A DNA stretch of 58,227 bases, from the IMG/VR virus record IMGVR_UViG_3300017716_002607, positions 1 through 58,227 of that record; one strand, written 5' to 3'. This stretch comes from a virus (taxonomy: Duplodnaviria > Caudoviricetes). A program made the translations under genes and the position numbers. The notes under the pieces were generated by a model. The model was not told the DNA's origin. It saw nothing but the letters and a program-made list of their open reading frames with translations, and ran no database searches. Position 1 is the stretch's first letter, and each line of letters starts with the position of its first letter. This document shows positions 18,115 through 28,637 of the stretch, one piece after another.

Positions 18115-20727
18115 TTAACAAAATGTTGGGAATCCTGCAAAATCTAACCCATCCCAATATCTAACTATAGTTCCATCTGAATAATACCCTGCTGGAGCTA
18201 AAATTGTTCCTCCTGCATCTGTATACAATGCTGACATATTATTTAGGTTTGAATTATCTGAGTAGTAATTACTATAAGTTAAATCAGTACATGCACGGAA
18301 TTCATTAGTACCATAACCTAATGATACTAAAATTAAACCTGCTGGTTGTGATGTAGACGGTGTTATACTCGGTGTAGCTGTTACTGTTATACTAGGTGTT
18401 GCTGTTGGTGTAGGGAACGGCGTTGGTGATACATTAGCTGTTACTGACGGTGTTATACTTGGAGTAATACTAGGTGTAACAGTTGGTGTTATACTTGGTG
18501 TTTTAGTTACACTTGGTGTAGCAGTCATTGTTGGCGTAAAACTTATACTAGGTGTAGCCGTTGCTGTTGGTGTAATACTAGGTGTTATAGATGGTGTTCT
18601 AGTTATACTTACACTAGGTGTTACACTAGGTGTAGGACATGGGTTAGATGTCTGACATGTAGCACAATCTGGGTATCCTAAATTACCACTCCATGTTAAA
18701 GTTGCAGTTAATTCAATATTACTATTTATAGTAAAACATTCACCTGTTGTTGATGTTACAACTGAGCCTATAAATGCAGCAGATATTACCATTGCTTCTT
18801 TTCTAGAATCACAACAACTTATTGCCTGACGAATAGCTAATGGTGATGAAGTTGATGGTGTAATACTAGGTGTAATACTTGGCGTTATACTTGGTGTAGC
18901 ACTTATTGAAACTGATGGTGTTACACTTGGTGTTCTAGAAATTGATATACTTGGTGTTACACTAGGAGTAGCACTATTTGTTGGCGTTATACTTGGTGTA
19001 GCACTTATTGAAACTGATGGTGTTACACTTGGAGTTGTACTAAGAGAATTACCAGGAGTTACACTTGGAGTTGCACTTATCGAGATCGAAGGTGTAGCTG
19101 TTGGTGTAGCACTTATCGAGATCGAAGGTGTAATTGATACACTTGGTGTTATACTTGGTGTATTACTAATAGAGATCGAAGGTGTTACACTTGGTGTTAT
19201 TGATGGTGTTGCACTAATAGATATACTTGGTGTAACCGTTGGTGTAGCACTTGGTGTTGCACTGATCGAAATTGAAGGCGTTGTACTAGGTGTAGCCGTG
19301 TTTGTTGGTGTTATAGACGGTGTTCTAGAAACAGAAATACTTGGCGTTACAGATGGTGTATTACTAATTGAAATCGTTGGTGTTAAACTAGGTGTTATAC
19401 TTGGAGTCACACTAAGTGAAATCGAAGGCGTTACACTTGGAGTAGCACTTGGTGTAGCACTTATCGAGATCGATGGTGTTACACTTGGTGTAGCACTTGG
19501 AGTAGCACTTGGTGTAGCACTTATCGAGATCGATGGTGTTACACTCGGTGTAGCGCTAATCGAAATTGAAGGTGTTAAACTTGGTGTTATTGAAGGTGTT
19601 ACACTTGGTGTTGCACTGATCGAAATCGATGGTGTAATCGATGGTGTAATCGATGGTGTAGCACTAATTGAAATCGAAGGTGTTATTGATACACTTGGCG
19701 TTAAACTAGGTGTTCTACTTATACTAATAGTAGGAGTAGGTGTTACAGTTATTGATGGTGTTACAGATATAGTTGGTGTAACAGTTGGTGTTGGTGGTGG
19801 TAATTCTACAATTCCTATTTCAAATTCACATTCTGGATCTGTTACATTTACGGTTATACTTCCTGTACCACTTCGTAAAGGAGCACAATAAGAACCAGTA
19901 ACTAAAAATGTATAAAATGTTTGATATATTCCAGTTCCTAAACCGGAGAAAGACATAGATACAGTGTTACTAGAACCCGTACTAAAAAATGATATATCCC
20001 CTCCAAATAAAGTAATAGACTGATTTACTAATGTATTACCTCTTAAATCATCATTTAATAAAGGATTAAACGAGAATGTTGCTGGGTTAGGATAATCACT
20101 TCTTATAATTGTGTAAGTATCATTATAAGCAACTGGGGGTAATACAAATAAGGTTTGAAAGTTTTGATCTGTAATTACTATTGTACCTTGCTCATAAAAA
20201 ATATTACCCACATGAGCTGGTGGGTTACTATTAAAGTTATCATAAACATTACCTTTACCATCATCATAGAAATTATAGGCAGATGATGACATTTGGAAAG
20301 TATAAGGTAATAATCTACTTCCGTATGATTTAGGTGATATTTGAATTACTTTTATTGTTTCATTTGCGCCTGTAGGAAAATTAGAAATAAAAGCAGGGTC
20401 ATTATTATAGTTAAAATATGAAGCAGTAGGGTGACTACTGCTAGCTGACTCATAGTATAATGATGATGCTAAAGAAGATGTATTTAAACTACCCGAAAAA
20501 TCATGGTAGAATAATTGATTTATTTGTCGGTAAGTTAATCTATCGTATTGCCCATTAGTTATATAATCCCCATTAGGATTAAATAAATCTACTGCATTTA
20601 TACCATTATAATACGAAACATAAGGGTCATTAGTTGGAACTGGACAATAGTTAAAGTTCCAACTTTTATTTGCTACAACAGGTACTGTTATAACATCCGA
20701 AGATTTTAACTTTTTGAATGAACCCAT
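18115..20727 (-). CDS. tail-fibre-like protein with long Thr/Ser/Pro repeat stalk
   Basis: 870 aa; TPSI/TPSV/SISA repeats; Cys-rich insert; tail gene context. Confidence 0.75.
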   Translation of the reverse strand: MGSFKKLKSSDVITVPVVANKSWNFNYCPVPTNDPYVSYYNGINAVDLFNPNGDYITNGQYDRLTYRQINQLFYHDFSGSLNTSSLASSLYYESASSSHPTASYFNYNNDPAFISNFPTGANETIKVIQISPKSYGSRLLPYTFQMSSSAYNFYDDGKGNVYDNFNSNPPAHVGNIFYEQGTIVITDQNFQTLFVLPPVAYNDTYTIIRSDYPNPATFSFNPLLNDDLRGNTLVNQSITLFGGDISFFSTGSSNTVSMSFSGLGTGIYQTFYTFLVTGSYCAPLRSGTGSITVNVTDPECEFEIGIVELPPPTPTVTPTISVTPSITVTPTPTISISRTPSLTPSVSITPSISISATPSITPSITPSISISATPSVTPSITPSLTPSISISATPSVTPSISISATPSATPSATPSVTPSISISATPSATPSVTPSISLSVTPSITPSLTPTISISNTPSVTPSISVSRTPSITPTNTATPSTTPSISISATPSATPTVTPSISISATPSITPSVTPSISISNTPSITPSVSITPSISISATPTATPSISISATPSVTPGNSLSTTPSVTPSVSISATPSITPTNSATPSVTPSISISRTPSVTPSVSISATPSITPSITPSITPSTSSPLAIRQAISCCDSRKEAMVISAAFIGSVVTSTTGECFTINSNIELTATLTWSGNLGYPDCATCQTSNPCPTPSVTPSVSITRTPSITPSITPTATATPSISFTPTMTATPSVTKTPSITPTVTPSITPSITPSVTANVSPTPFPTPTATPSITVTATPSITPSTSQPAGLILVSLGYGTNEFRACTDLTYSNYYSDNSNLNNMSALYTDAGGTILAPAGYYSDGTIVRYWDGLDFAGFPTFC
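18350..19800. repeat. degenerate coding tandem repeats (TPS(I/V) units)
   Basis: Recurrent ggtgttacact / acttggtgt units. Confidence 0.85.
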
Positions 20728-20752
20728 TTATTAACATTTGTTATTGATTGAA

Positions 20753-21775
20753 TTAATAATCTAATTTTACTTGAATTAATGCTTCTTTTGTAAAATCTTT
20801 TACTAATGGTCTACTTAATTTAGCAACAGCTAATAACTCATTTTGATCATTATACATACCAACAGTGGTAATATATGTTTGAGGATTATTAATTAATGTA
20901 GTATATATTAAGTTACCATTAGCATCAATAATAGATGGGTTAGTAGTATAATTGAAATCCTGGTTTTTAACTCTAGTAAAGAATAAATGAGAAGAAACAC
21001 TTTCTTCAGACTGCAATGCAAAATAAGAACTACCAGACATTATTTGATATATTCCTGTTTGAATATTATTATTTGTTCCAGGTGCATTTACTGTAGGGTT
21101 ATAAGCTATACCTCCATCTACAATAGATTTACTTAAAGCTGTAGGATTTAAAATAATAATATCACTATCTGGATATAAATAACCATATATAGAAGCATTA
21201 GTAGCTGCTGTTGCTGCTGTACCTGTACTACCTGAAATTAATGTGTAATATAAAGTACCAGCTGTTGTATAATTTGTTGTACTTGATATTTGACTATTAT
21301 CTGTTAAAGAAATTTCATTTACTCCATTTTTAAGTTTTAATGTCATTGAACCTGGTTGGATATGTTCTTTATATCTGTTTCGAGCAACGTTTATAATATA
21401 AATACCATTTGGGTTATCATTATTAAACTCAAAACTACCACTTTCAGTTCCTAATAATAATGTTCTGTATTGACCATATACTACTCTAGAAGTTGTAAGT
21501 GATGAACCATCAGGTAAAACAGTTGTAACTCCACTATTTATATAACTAGAACCACTTCCATATTTGTTACCATATTGGAGAGCCATCTGAACTGACTCAG
21601 TAGTAGAAGTTAAAGCTCCCGGGTAATTGGAATAAACATTTAAGTAAAATGAGCTTGTAATAGCACTAGAAGTGAAAAATGTTGATAATACATTTTCATC
21701 ACCACTCCACATTGGCCTTACAATAGCTTCAGTACTTACTACAGAATCTTCTGGGGTATATCTTACGAATGACAT
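20753..21775 (-). CDS. tail/baseplate-associated protein
   Basis: YITTVGMYND.NELLAVAKLSRPL motif; structural context. Confidence 0.7.
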   Translation of the reverse strand: MSFVRYTPEDSVVSTEAIVRPMWSGDENVLSTFFTSSAITSSFYLNVYSNYPGALTSTTESVQMALQYGNKYGSGSSYINSGVTTVLPDGSSLTTSRVVYGQYRTLLLGTESGSFEFNNDNPNGIYIINVARNRYKEHIQPGSMTLKLKNGVNEISLTDNSQISSTTNYTTAGTLYYTLISGSTGTAATAATNASIYGYLYPDSDIIILNPTALSKSIVDGGIAYNPTVNAPGTNNNIQTGIYQIMSGSSYFALQSEESVSSHLFFTRVKNQDFNYTTNPSIIDANGNLIYTTLINNPQTYITTVGMYNDQNELLAVAKLSRPLVKDFTKEALIQVKLDY

Positions 21776-21781
21776 ATGTTA

Positions 21782-22444
21782 TTATGTGTTTGATTTTGTT
21801 ATTGTTAATGGTATTGTTATTCTAGCTCCACTATCTCTACCCAACACAGTAATGGTAGTTGTAATTTGATTTAAATTAGAACCAAATAACGTATTAATTG
21901 TAGTACCTGTTAATGTAAACGAAGTACCTATAATAGTTTGACTTAATTGTGAACCTACTGTTGATGTAATACCTGTTGGTGTAGTTTCAGAACCAGCAAC
22001 CCCAGTAGCTGAGAATGTGGATAAGAATCTAACATCAGCAATTGTAACAGCGTATCCATTTGCTTCAAATGTACTAGTAGCCCCTAAATAATTCAATGTT
22101 TGAGGAGTAATTGTTAAAGTAGCTCCTTGTTTTAATGATATACTGTTATAACCAATATTGATTACAGGTAATTTAGATGTACCTCTAGGTAAAGTTGCTA
22201 ACTTATAAATCATTATTTGAGTATCATCAGGAAATGCTTCCATTACAGGCATAGCTTCAATTGCTTGTCCGTAAAAAGCTGACCCTGATGGGTGTTGTGG
22301 GTTATACAATGTATAATCTACTTCGTCGTCTGCCAAAGAGAATTGCGTGATTCTAAATGAACCATCATTTCTAGCTAATAGTTCTCTTCCTTTAGCTGTT
22401 AAAATAGCGTCTACTGTTACAGTATTGTTGTTTAATATAGCCAT
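21782..22444 (-). CDS. virion structural protein
   Basis: DAILTAKGRELLA...FSLADDEVDY; structural context. Confidence 0.65.
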   Translation of the reverse strand: MAILNNNTVTVDAILTAKGRELLARNDGSFRITQFSLADDEVDYTLYNPQHPSGSAFYGQAIEAMPVMEAFPDDTQIMIYKLATLPRGTSKLPVINIGYNSISLKQGATLTITPQTLNYLGATSTFEANGYAVTIADVRFLSTFSATGVAGSETTPTGITSTVGSQLSQTIIGTSFTLTGTTINTLFGSNLNQITTTITVLGRDSGARITIPLTITKSNT

Positions 22445-22489
22445 TATTAATTAATTATTTGTTTATAAATATTATATATTTTAATTTCT

Positions 22490-25400
22490 TTATTGAATTA
22501 AATTGATTCCGGCATCAATTAATTGTTGTTTAGTGTTAACTGTTATGACATCTATGTTATTTAAAACATCCAATGATAAATTTTCTGGGATGGAGAATCC
22601 ATAAGAAGTTTTTCCATTAGGTTTAATTAGATTAAGTATGATGTTAGTTTCATCATTTATACGTTTTAAAAATACTAGTTTATAAAATTTATTACAACTA
22701 TCCCCAAAATAACCACTAATATCTTCTTTTACATTAATATAAACAATCCCATTACCTGTAAGATCTCCTGAATATATTACATTATTAACTGTATATTCTA
22801 AAAATGGACCATTTTCATCTATTACTTGAACTATAATTTTATCGTTTTCTTGTAATATTAATGGGTATAAAATATCTCCATACTCTTGATACAAATCAGC
22901 ATATGATGAAGATACTAATGAATCTAAAGGATTAAATATATAATTAGCACTAAAGAAAGGTGATAATTGAGGTGATAGATAAAATGTATTAGATGCTTGG
23001 CTCACACATATAGAGGATGTTGATACTAATAAAGAATCATTAGTAGGGACTACTTTCAACACACTATCTGTTCTATTATAATTACTTAAAAGAGAAGCAG
23101 TTACTATATCTTCATTTGATTCTATAAAAAATCTAAACCCAATTTTATCACCTACTGTATAATCAAATTGATTAATTTCTACTAAAGTACTTCTTTCAAA
23201 TGTTAAAATTTGTGGTTGGGGACCTGAAAAAGGTTCTGATATAAAACTATATTTAGGTGAAGGTTTTGGAGGTAACCCACTTCTTACCCAAACTGGTTCT
23301 AACTGGATAATATCTAACCCTCCAAATTGACCTGATAAATCAGTTTCATCTATACCCGAAAAATACCCAGTTACATTATAAGCAGCAAATACAGTATCTG
23401 CTGTTAATAATTCTATACTTATAGGATCTGGGTTTACACCATCATAGGTATATAATCTATATCCGTTTAATAAGGTTTTATTTAAAGAAGGGTTAGCTAT
23501 ATATTGGATGTTTCCTCCGTCAAAATTAGGAAGAGAAGTTAATATTCCATCATAATAGTCATTTCTCATTTTAGCTGTTAACGTCTGAGTAGCCCCATTT
23601 ATTACACTTGTTGCACCTACAGAATCCTCTTTCCATAGCTGCATACTAGCTGTAAATTGAGAATTTAAAGGACCATTTACAAGAACACTAAAATTATATG
23701 TAAACATATAGTCTCCCTCAGATGATAAAGTATAATAGGAAGATGTTAAATCATTACCAGTATTAGGGCCCGTTCCTGGGTTAAAATATATTCCATTATT
23801 TGAATTTAAAAGAGGTAAATTAAATAAATTCCAAACTTCATGTTTTCTTCCCGATCCTAAAAAACTAGAAGAAACATATTCTGTAGTAGGATTTGTACCT
23901 CCTGCTACTAAAAGCCCTCCAGATGGGTATATTGTAAAGAATCTGTCAACAACAGATGAATTACCTCCACCTAGAGTATTAAATATAGCTTGTGATGTAT
24001 AACTTGCAGATTCAGTACCATACATGTAAAAAGTAGGAAAGTAAGAATATCCACTTTCATAAATAATCTTATTACCATTAGTTTGTACTTGATTTGAATA
24101 TTGTTGAGTGTTAAATAAAGACACATTCAACGTCTGCCCAGCTGTAAAAGTATTTTGAACTTCTTGCCAGTTTCTATTTCTTTGGTTTAATTCAGTAAAC
24201 CCTCCTACATCATTAACTAAATATTTTAATTTAACATTTGATTTATATGGTAATATACTATCTACAACTTCTGTAAATAATCCTATTTTTTTAGTGTTAT
24301 GTCTAATAACTGGAGATTGACCATATGCTACATCTCCTGGAGTCCATATATTATAAAAAGTACTATATAATTGAACTCCATTGTATCTTGGATTTGTATA
24401 TGCTTGTAAACTTAAATATGAGTCTTGTAAATCAACAGATTCTTCAATAGAATAAGATGTAAAAACTCTACCTAAACTATCAGCTGACATAATAGGGGTT
24501 AATTTTTTTCTAAATTCTGATTTTAAACTTTTACTTACATTATTAAATAAAGCATTAAAACTTGAATTATAAAAGAAATTCTCATAAAATGGAGCATCAT
24601 AATTTAATATAAAATCAGTATTACCACCCATAAATCCAGGAGGTATTACTCCCGCAGTGTTATTAACTAGATATGGGTTAATATTATTTTCTTCAAAATA
24701 AGCATAAGTATCAATAAATGAACCTGTAATTTCACCATTATAATAAGCTACTTTATCTCCAGCTAAGTATTCATAGTATGGATCATATATAGGAATTATA
24801 GCAGCGCCTGTTATAGCACCATCTAAATCTATCTGTACATTAGCTACAGGTCTAGCTTCTGGTACTTTAGGGCGTTCTAATACTGGTGATTTAATAGATA
24901 CCCCTGTCCAAGTATTACCTCTAGCAGGAGTAAAATCTTTAACCATTTTAAACAATGAGTTGTCAAAGAATTGAATCAATCGAATAAACCCAGCATAGTC
25001 AAATCCTTCATTTGGGTGTGTAAATGTTTGACCAAACCAAAAATCTCTTTGGTATGATAAAGAAGGATATGTGTCTAAATATAAAGCTTGAGGGTAGGCT
25101 ATATAGTCATCTATAACCCATGATGGGTTAGAAGCAGCTATAGAAGCAGATACAGCTTCATCTATTTGTGTTTGAGGTGAAAACGATACATCAATAAAAT
25201 GTAAATCTTGACTTTTAATTGCTCTAGATGATGTTGTAGTTGTTTCAAATCGTTTTATAGGAGATAAAATACTTCCTGTAATATTATTAGAACCAATTGA
25301 TATTTTATCAACAGTATATCCTTTTAAATCTTGATAATCATTTGTCCCTCCATATTCTTTAATAGGAAGGATTGAACCTGTAATACCAAATAAAGTAATT

Positions 25401-27100
25401 AAGCCTTGTAAACCACCATGTGCACCTTTACCTTTAAATAGATAAGGTAAATTGTGATAAATTCTTTTATAAGTATCTAATACTAAATCTTTTCTAGGTA
25501 CGTTATTTAAGAAACTACTTGATGGAGAGTAATCATCATTAAAATCAACACTACCACTAAATCCACCTACATTATAATCTAATACACTTTGGTTACCTTG
25601 AGAATTATATAGTTTTACCCCAAACGATTGTAACCAATTATATACTAAATCTTGAGATATCCCTTCATTTAGATTATTATTATTATCCCATACATCAGTT
25701 AATTTATCTATATAAATCCAAACATTATCAAAATATTGACCTATCATTTCGACAAATACAATATATGGTAGATAATTGTCTGGGTCATCTGTTATATATG
25801 ACGGTATAGTATTAGTTAATATGTCTTTATTATTTAAATCAAATTCACTAGCTACTTCAACAGTATCATTATACCAAGATTGAACTATAGCTGATGATGA
25901 AGCATATAGTGTGTATGGTTTAGTTGTATTTGATTTTGGATAAGGAGCAGTATTATAAATAAAATATGAACCAGTTTCTAAAGTATATGTTACTATACTT
26001 GAAGTTAAAGAACTAGAAGTATAATATAAATAAGTTTCAAACCCATCAAAACTAGCTATAGTTGTATTTAAACTAGAACTTGCTCTATTTATTTGATTTA
26101 CTAAAGATGCATTACTAGATGTTAAAGGTGAAAGAGTACTAATTTCAGATTGATATCCTTCAATTTCACCTATTTTATTTAAAAAATTATTTACTCTACT
26201 TGTAGCTGAGCTATAATGGATAAATTCATTAAATATACTATAATCTATATTTATATTTACATTTTGATTAGCTAATGAATTTAATACTGCTTGGTAAGAT
26301 GAACCTGTAAATGATGTTACTAATTGATTTAAATTACTATATTGTGTTGGTACTACCTCTTTAATTTCTAAATCAATGTCAAAATTAGGGCCTTTTAAGA
26401 AAGGTTGAGGTAGAGGAGTTGTTAGTTTATCTAAATTAAGATCAAATACATAAGGAGTAACTATTTCTTCTACAATCCAAAATGTAGATCTTAAAGAAAC
26501 ATTAGCTGGTAGTGGTTCGTATAGTTTAAATAATATGCTAACATTACCTGTTTGGTCTACTTCACTTACTATATTTACTGCTATTACTTGATTATTATCA
26601 CCAAAATTTAAAATAACATAGTAATAATAAGGAACATCAAGCTGTTTATTAGCAAAATTTTCAGCTATATCAATTAAAGCCTCATCAGTCAATTCAGTAG
26701 AATCAACTCTTAACTCAGTTCTATCTGTTGATATTTGCTGAATGAATAATTGATTGCTGAATGGTTCGCCTGATACTTTTCTAAAAAAGTTATAACGAGC
26801 AATTACCTCCCCAGATTCATATCCTAAATCTTGTATATCCTTAATAGGATCTATTTCAATATCAGGTAATAAGCTTTGAGAATAAGCAGAATTAGATGGT
26901 AATTTATATGAATTATAGTTATAATCAGAATTTAAAACATTACCTCCCTGATCAAATACAAAGTATTCAATATAATCAGATGGTAAACCAAATGTTTCTT
27001 GTTGTATTATAGGATTAAGAAGTTGTTCTTCCTGAGGTGTATATCTGTTTATACGCTCAGTATCTATAACTTGTCCTACTATTTTAATATTATCTGCCAT
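22490..27100 (-). CDS. large baseplate/tail structural protein
   Basis: 1536 aa; YLFKGKG...GLITLFG resembles baseplate wedge/tail I motif. Confidence 0.65.
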   Translation of the reverse strand: MADNIKIVGQVIDTERINRYTPQEEQLLNPIIQQETFGLPSDYIEYFVFDQGGNVLNSDYNYNSYKLPSNSAYSQSLLPDIEIDPIKDIQDLGYESGEVIARYNFFRKVSGEPFSNQLFIQQISTDRTELRVDSTELTDEALIDIAENFANKQLDVPYYYYVILNFGDNNQVIAVNIVSEVDQTGNVSILFKLYEPLPANVSLRSTFWIVEEIVTPYVFDLNLDKLTTPLPQPFLKGPNFDIDLEIKEVVPTQYSNLNQLVTSFTGSSYQAVLNSLANQNVNINIDYSIFNEFIHYSSATSRVNNFLNKIGEIEGYQSEISTLSPLTSSNASLVNQINRASSSLNTTIASFDGFETYLYYTSSSLTSSIVTYTLETGSYFIYNTAPYPKSNTTKPYTLYASSSAIVQSWYNDTVEVASEFDLNNKDILTNTIPSYITDDPDNYLPYIVFVEMIGQYFDNVWIYIDKLTDVWDNNNNLNEGISQDLVYNWLQSFGVKLYNSQGNQSVLDYNVGGFSGSVDFNDDYSPSSSFLNNVPRKDLVLDTYKRIYHNLPYLFKGKGAHGGLQGLITLFGITGSILPIKEYGGTNDYQDLKGYTVDKISIGSNNITGSILSPIKRFETTTTSSRAIKSQDLHFIDVSFSPQTQIDEAVSASIAASNPSWVIDDYIAYPQALYLDTYPSLSYQRDFWFGQTFTHPNEGFDYAGFIRLIQFFDNSLFKMVKDFTPARGNTWTGVSIKSPVLERPKVPEARPVANVQIDLDGAITGAAIIPIYDPYYEYLAGDKVAYYNGEITGSFIDTYAYFEENNINPYLVNNTAGVIPPGFMGGNTDFILNYDAPFYENFFYNSSFNALFNNVSKSLKSEFRKKLTPIMSADSLGRVFTSYSIEESVDLQDSYLSLQAYTNPRYNGVQLYSTFYNIWTPGDVAYGQSPVIRHNTKKIGLFTEVVDSILPYKSNVKLKYLVNDVGGFTELNQRNRNWQEVQNTFTAGQTLNVSLFNTQQYSNQVQTNGNKIIYESGYSYFPTFYMYGTESASYTSQAIFNTLGGGNSSVVDRFFTIYPSGGLLVAGGTNPTTEYVSSSFLGSGRKHEVWNLFNLPLLNSNNGIYFNPGTGPNTGNDLTSSYYTLSSEGDYMFTYNFSVLVNGPLNSQFTASMQLWKEDSVGATSVINGATQTLTAKMRNDYYDGILTSLPNFDGGNIQYIANPSLNKTLLNGYRLYTYDGVNPDPISIELLTADTVFAAYNVTGYFSGIDETDLSGQFGGLDIIQLEPVWVRSGLPPKPSPKYSFISEPFSGPQPQILTFERSTLVEINQFDYTVGDKIGFRFFIESNEDIVTASLLSNYNRTDSVLKVVPTNDSLLVSTSSICVSQASNTFYLSPQLSPFFSANYIFNPLDSLVSSSYADLYQEYGDILYPLILQENDKIIVQVIDENGPFLEYTVNNVIYSGDLTGNGIVYINVKEDISGYFGDSCNKFYKLVFLKRINDETNIILNLIKPNGKTSYGFSIPENLSLDVLNNIDVITVNTKQQLIDAGINLIQ

Positions 27101-27111
27101 TAACTATTTGA

Positions 27112-27462
27112 TTATTGTATTCGACCTGTTTGGGCTTCCAATGTAGCATTAGTTGTTTCAGCCTCCAACAATTGTTGTCTTAGATCTGTTATTTCCTGTA
27201 GTAATGCTTGTACTTCACTATCATCTGCTATTCTTACTCCCAAATACTCCGCTTCACGTTCTAAAATAAATCTATGAGAAGCTATATCTCCTTCTCTAGG
27301 TATTTCAGTGAATAATTCATCATATAATTCAAAAAAATTCTCTAAAGTAGTATCCGGAGTAGTAGGAGGAACAAAGTTAAGTTCACTAAATTGAGTATTA
27401 ATTACTTTAGCAAACGTATCTTTATCATAAACTAAATTCCTAATTGGGATTACTTCAGCCAT
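27112..27462 (-). CDS. hypothetical structural-region protein
   Basis: ORF with coiled-coil C-terminus. Confidence 0.7.
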   Translation of the reverse strand: MAEVIPIRNLVYDKDTFAKVINTQFSELNFVPPTTPDTTLENFFELYDELFTEIPREGDIASHRFILEREAEYLGVRIADDSEVQALLQEITDLRQQLLEAETTNATLEAQTGRIQ

Positions 27463-28604
27463 TATTTATTAAGTTTAAAAATATATGCGTTATCATAAAC
27501 AACAGACGAACCGTTTGCGAATGAAGATTTTATTAATATTTTATAATATCTTTCAGGTTGTAACCCAGCCATATACATGTCAAAATAATTTCCTGACCCA
27601 TCGCAACTTAATTTAGTACAAGTTGGGTCAAAATCTATAACATATTCACCTGTGTTTAAATCTTGTAAAGCCCAGTATGAGCTTGAAGGTAATGCTTTAT
27701 TTAATGTATAAACAGATACAGTTGTAAACTGTCTAGCAGGATATATATCTCGAGCATTTACTCTAAATCTATAAACATCATCTCTATTATATTTACCTAT
27801 ATTATTACCTAATGTAATAGCTATATTCTCATTAGTTAAAACAGATAATGAACCCGTATTATATACACTATCATCCCATTTAATTTCTAATTGAGGTAAA
27901 TATATTGTATGAGTATCTCTAGAGAAATATTTTAATGAAAATGATGATGAGGTACTAAATTCATTATTACCTCCCATTTTTAATAGGAAACCATCATTTT
28001 GTATAGTGTTACTATTATATACATTAGTAATATTAGTTACATCTAAATTAATATCTTTAGTTTGATTTATACCGAATGTTTGAGCACCGGCGTATGTAAA
28101 CCACCACGTACCTCCACCAGGATTTGTAGATTGAAAAGATGCTGTTGAATCTGTATAAAAACTAGCAGTTAACCATTCATTAGTATTATCTCTATTTACC
28201 CAAGTAGCATTTGTTTTTTCATATGGGTCATATAAAAAACGTCCCGTACCTTGTTCCCAAGATTGAGATACACTATAACATTCTAAAGAATAAGTATCAG
28301 GTAAATTTGAAGCGTCTGCTAAATATAATCTTAAAGAGGCTGAATATAGACCATTTGATGAAACTATAGGAGTTAAAGAATTTATACTTTCTGTATTAAC
28401 TGTAGGTAACACTATATTATTTAATACTTCATCTATAGTACTAGTAGGAAATTTTATTAATATACGAGATGCATAAGGAGTTGAACCAGCTAACAAAGAA
28501 CTTTCATTAGAAATTTCCAAGATCTGATCCAATCCAGTATTCATGTCTGGGTATTTTGAGTAAATAGTTGTATCCTTTTCAGGGAATATCTTGTAGACTG
28601 CCAT
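27462..28604 (-). CDS. virion protein (DNRLRE-like beta domain)
   Basis: KDTTIY...SRILIKF...ASLRLY...PQLEIKWDD. Confidence 0.6.
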   Translation of the reverse strand: MAVYKIFPEKDTTIYSKYPDMNTGLDQILEISNESSLLAGSTPYASRILIKFPTSTIDEVLNNIVLPTVNTESINSLTPIVSSNGLYSASLRLYLADASNLPDTYSLECYSVSQSWEQGTGRFLYDPYEKTNATWVNRDNTNEWLTASFYTDSTASFQSTNPGGGTWWFTYAGAQTFGINQTKDINLDVTNITNVYNSNTIQNDGFLLKMGGNNEFSTSSSFSLKYFSRDTHTIYLPQLEIKWDDSVYNTGSLSVLTNENIAITLGNNIGKYNRDDVYRFRVNARDIYPARQFTTVSVYTLNKALPSSSYWALQDLNTGEYVIDFDPTCTKLSCDGSGNYFDMYMAGLQPERYYKILIKSSFANGSSVVYDNAYIFKLNK

Positions 28605-28637
28605 TTATGTTACTTGTTTATTATAAATATAAAGTTG

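Noticed and set aside
18350-19800. Possible CRISPR array or DGR template/variable repeats
   Set aside because: Repeats are in-frame coding units with synonymous variation; no unique spacers, no reverse transcriptase, no A-specific mismatch pattern
19298-19891. 197 aa + strand GV-repeat ORF
   Set aside because: Reverse complement of the TPS repeat; stop-free only because of low complexity
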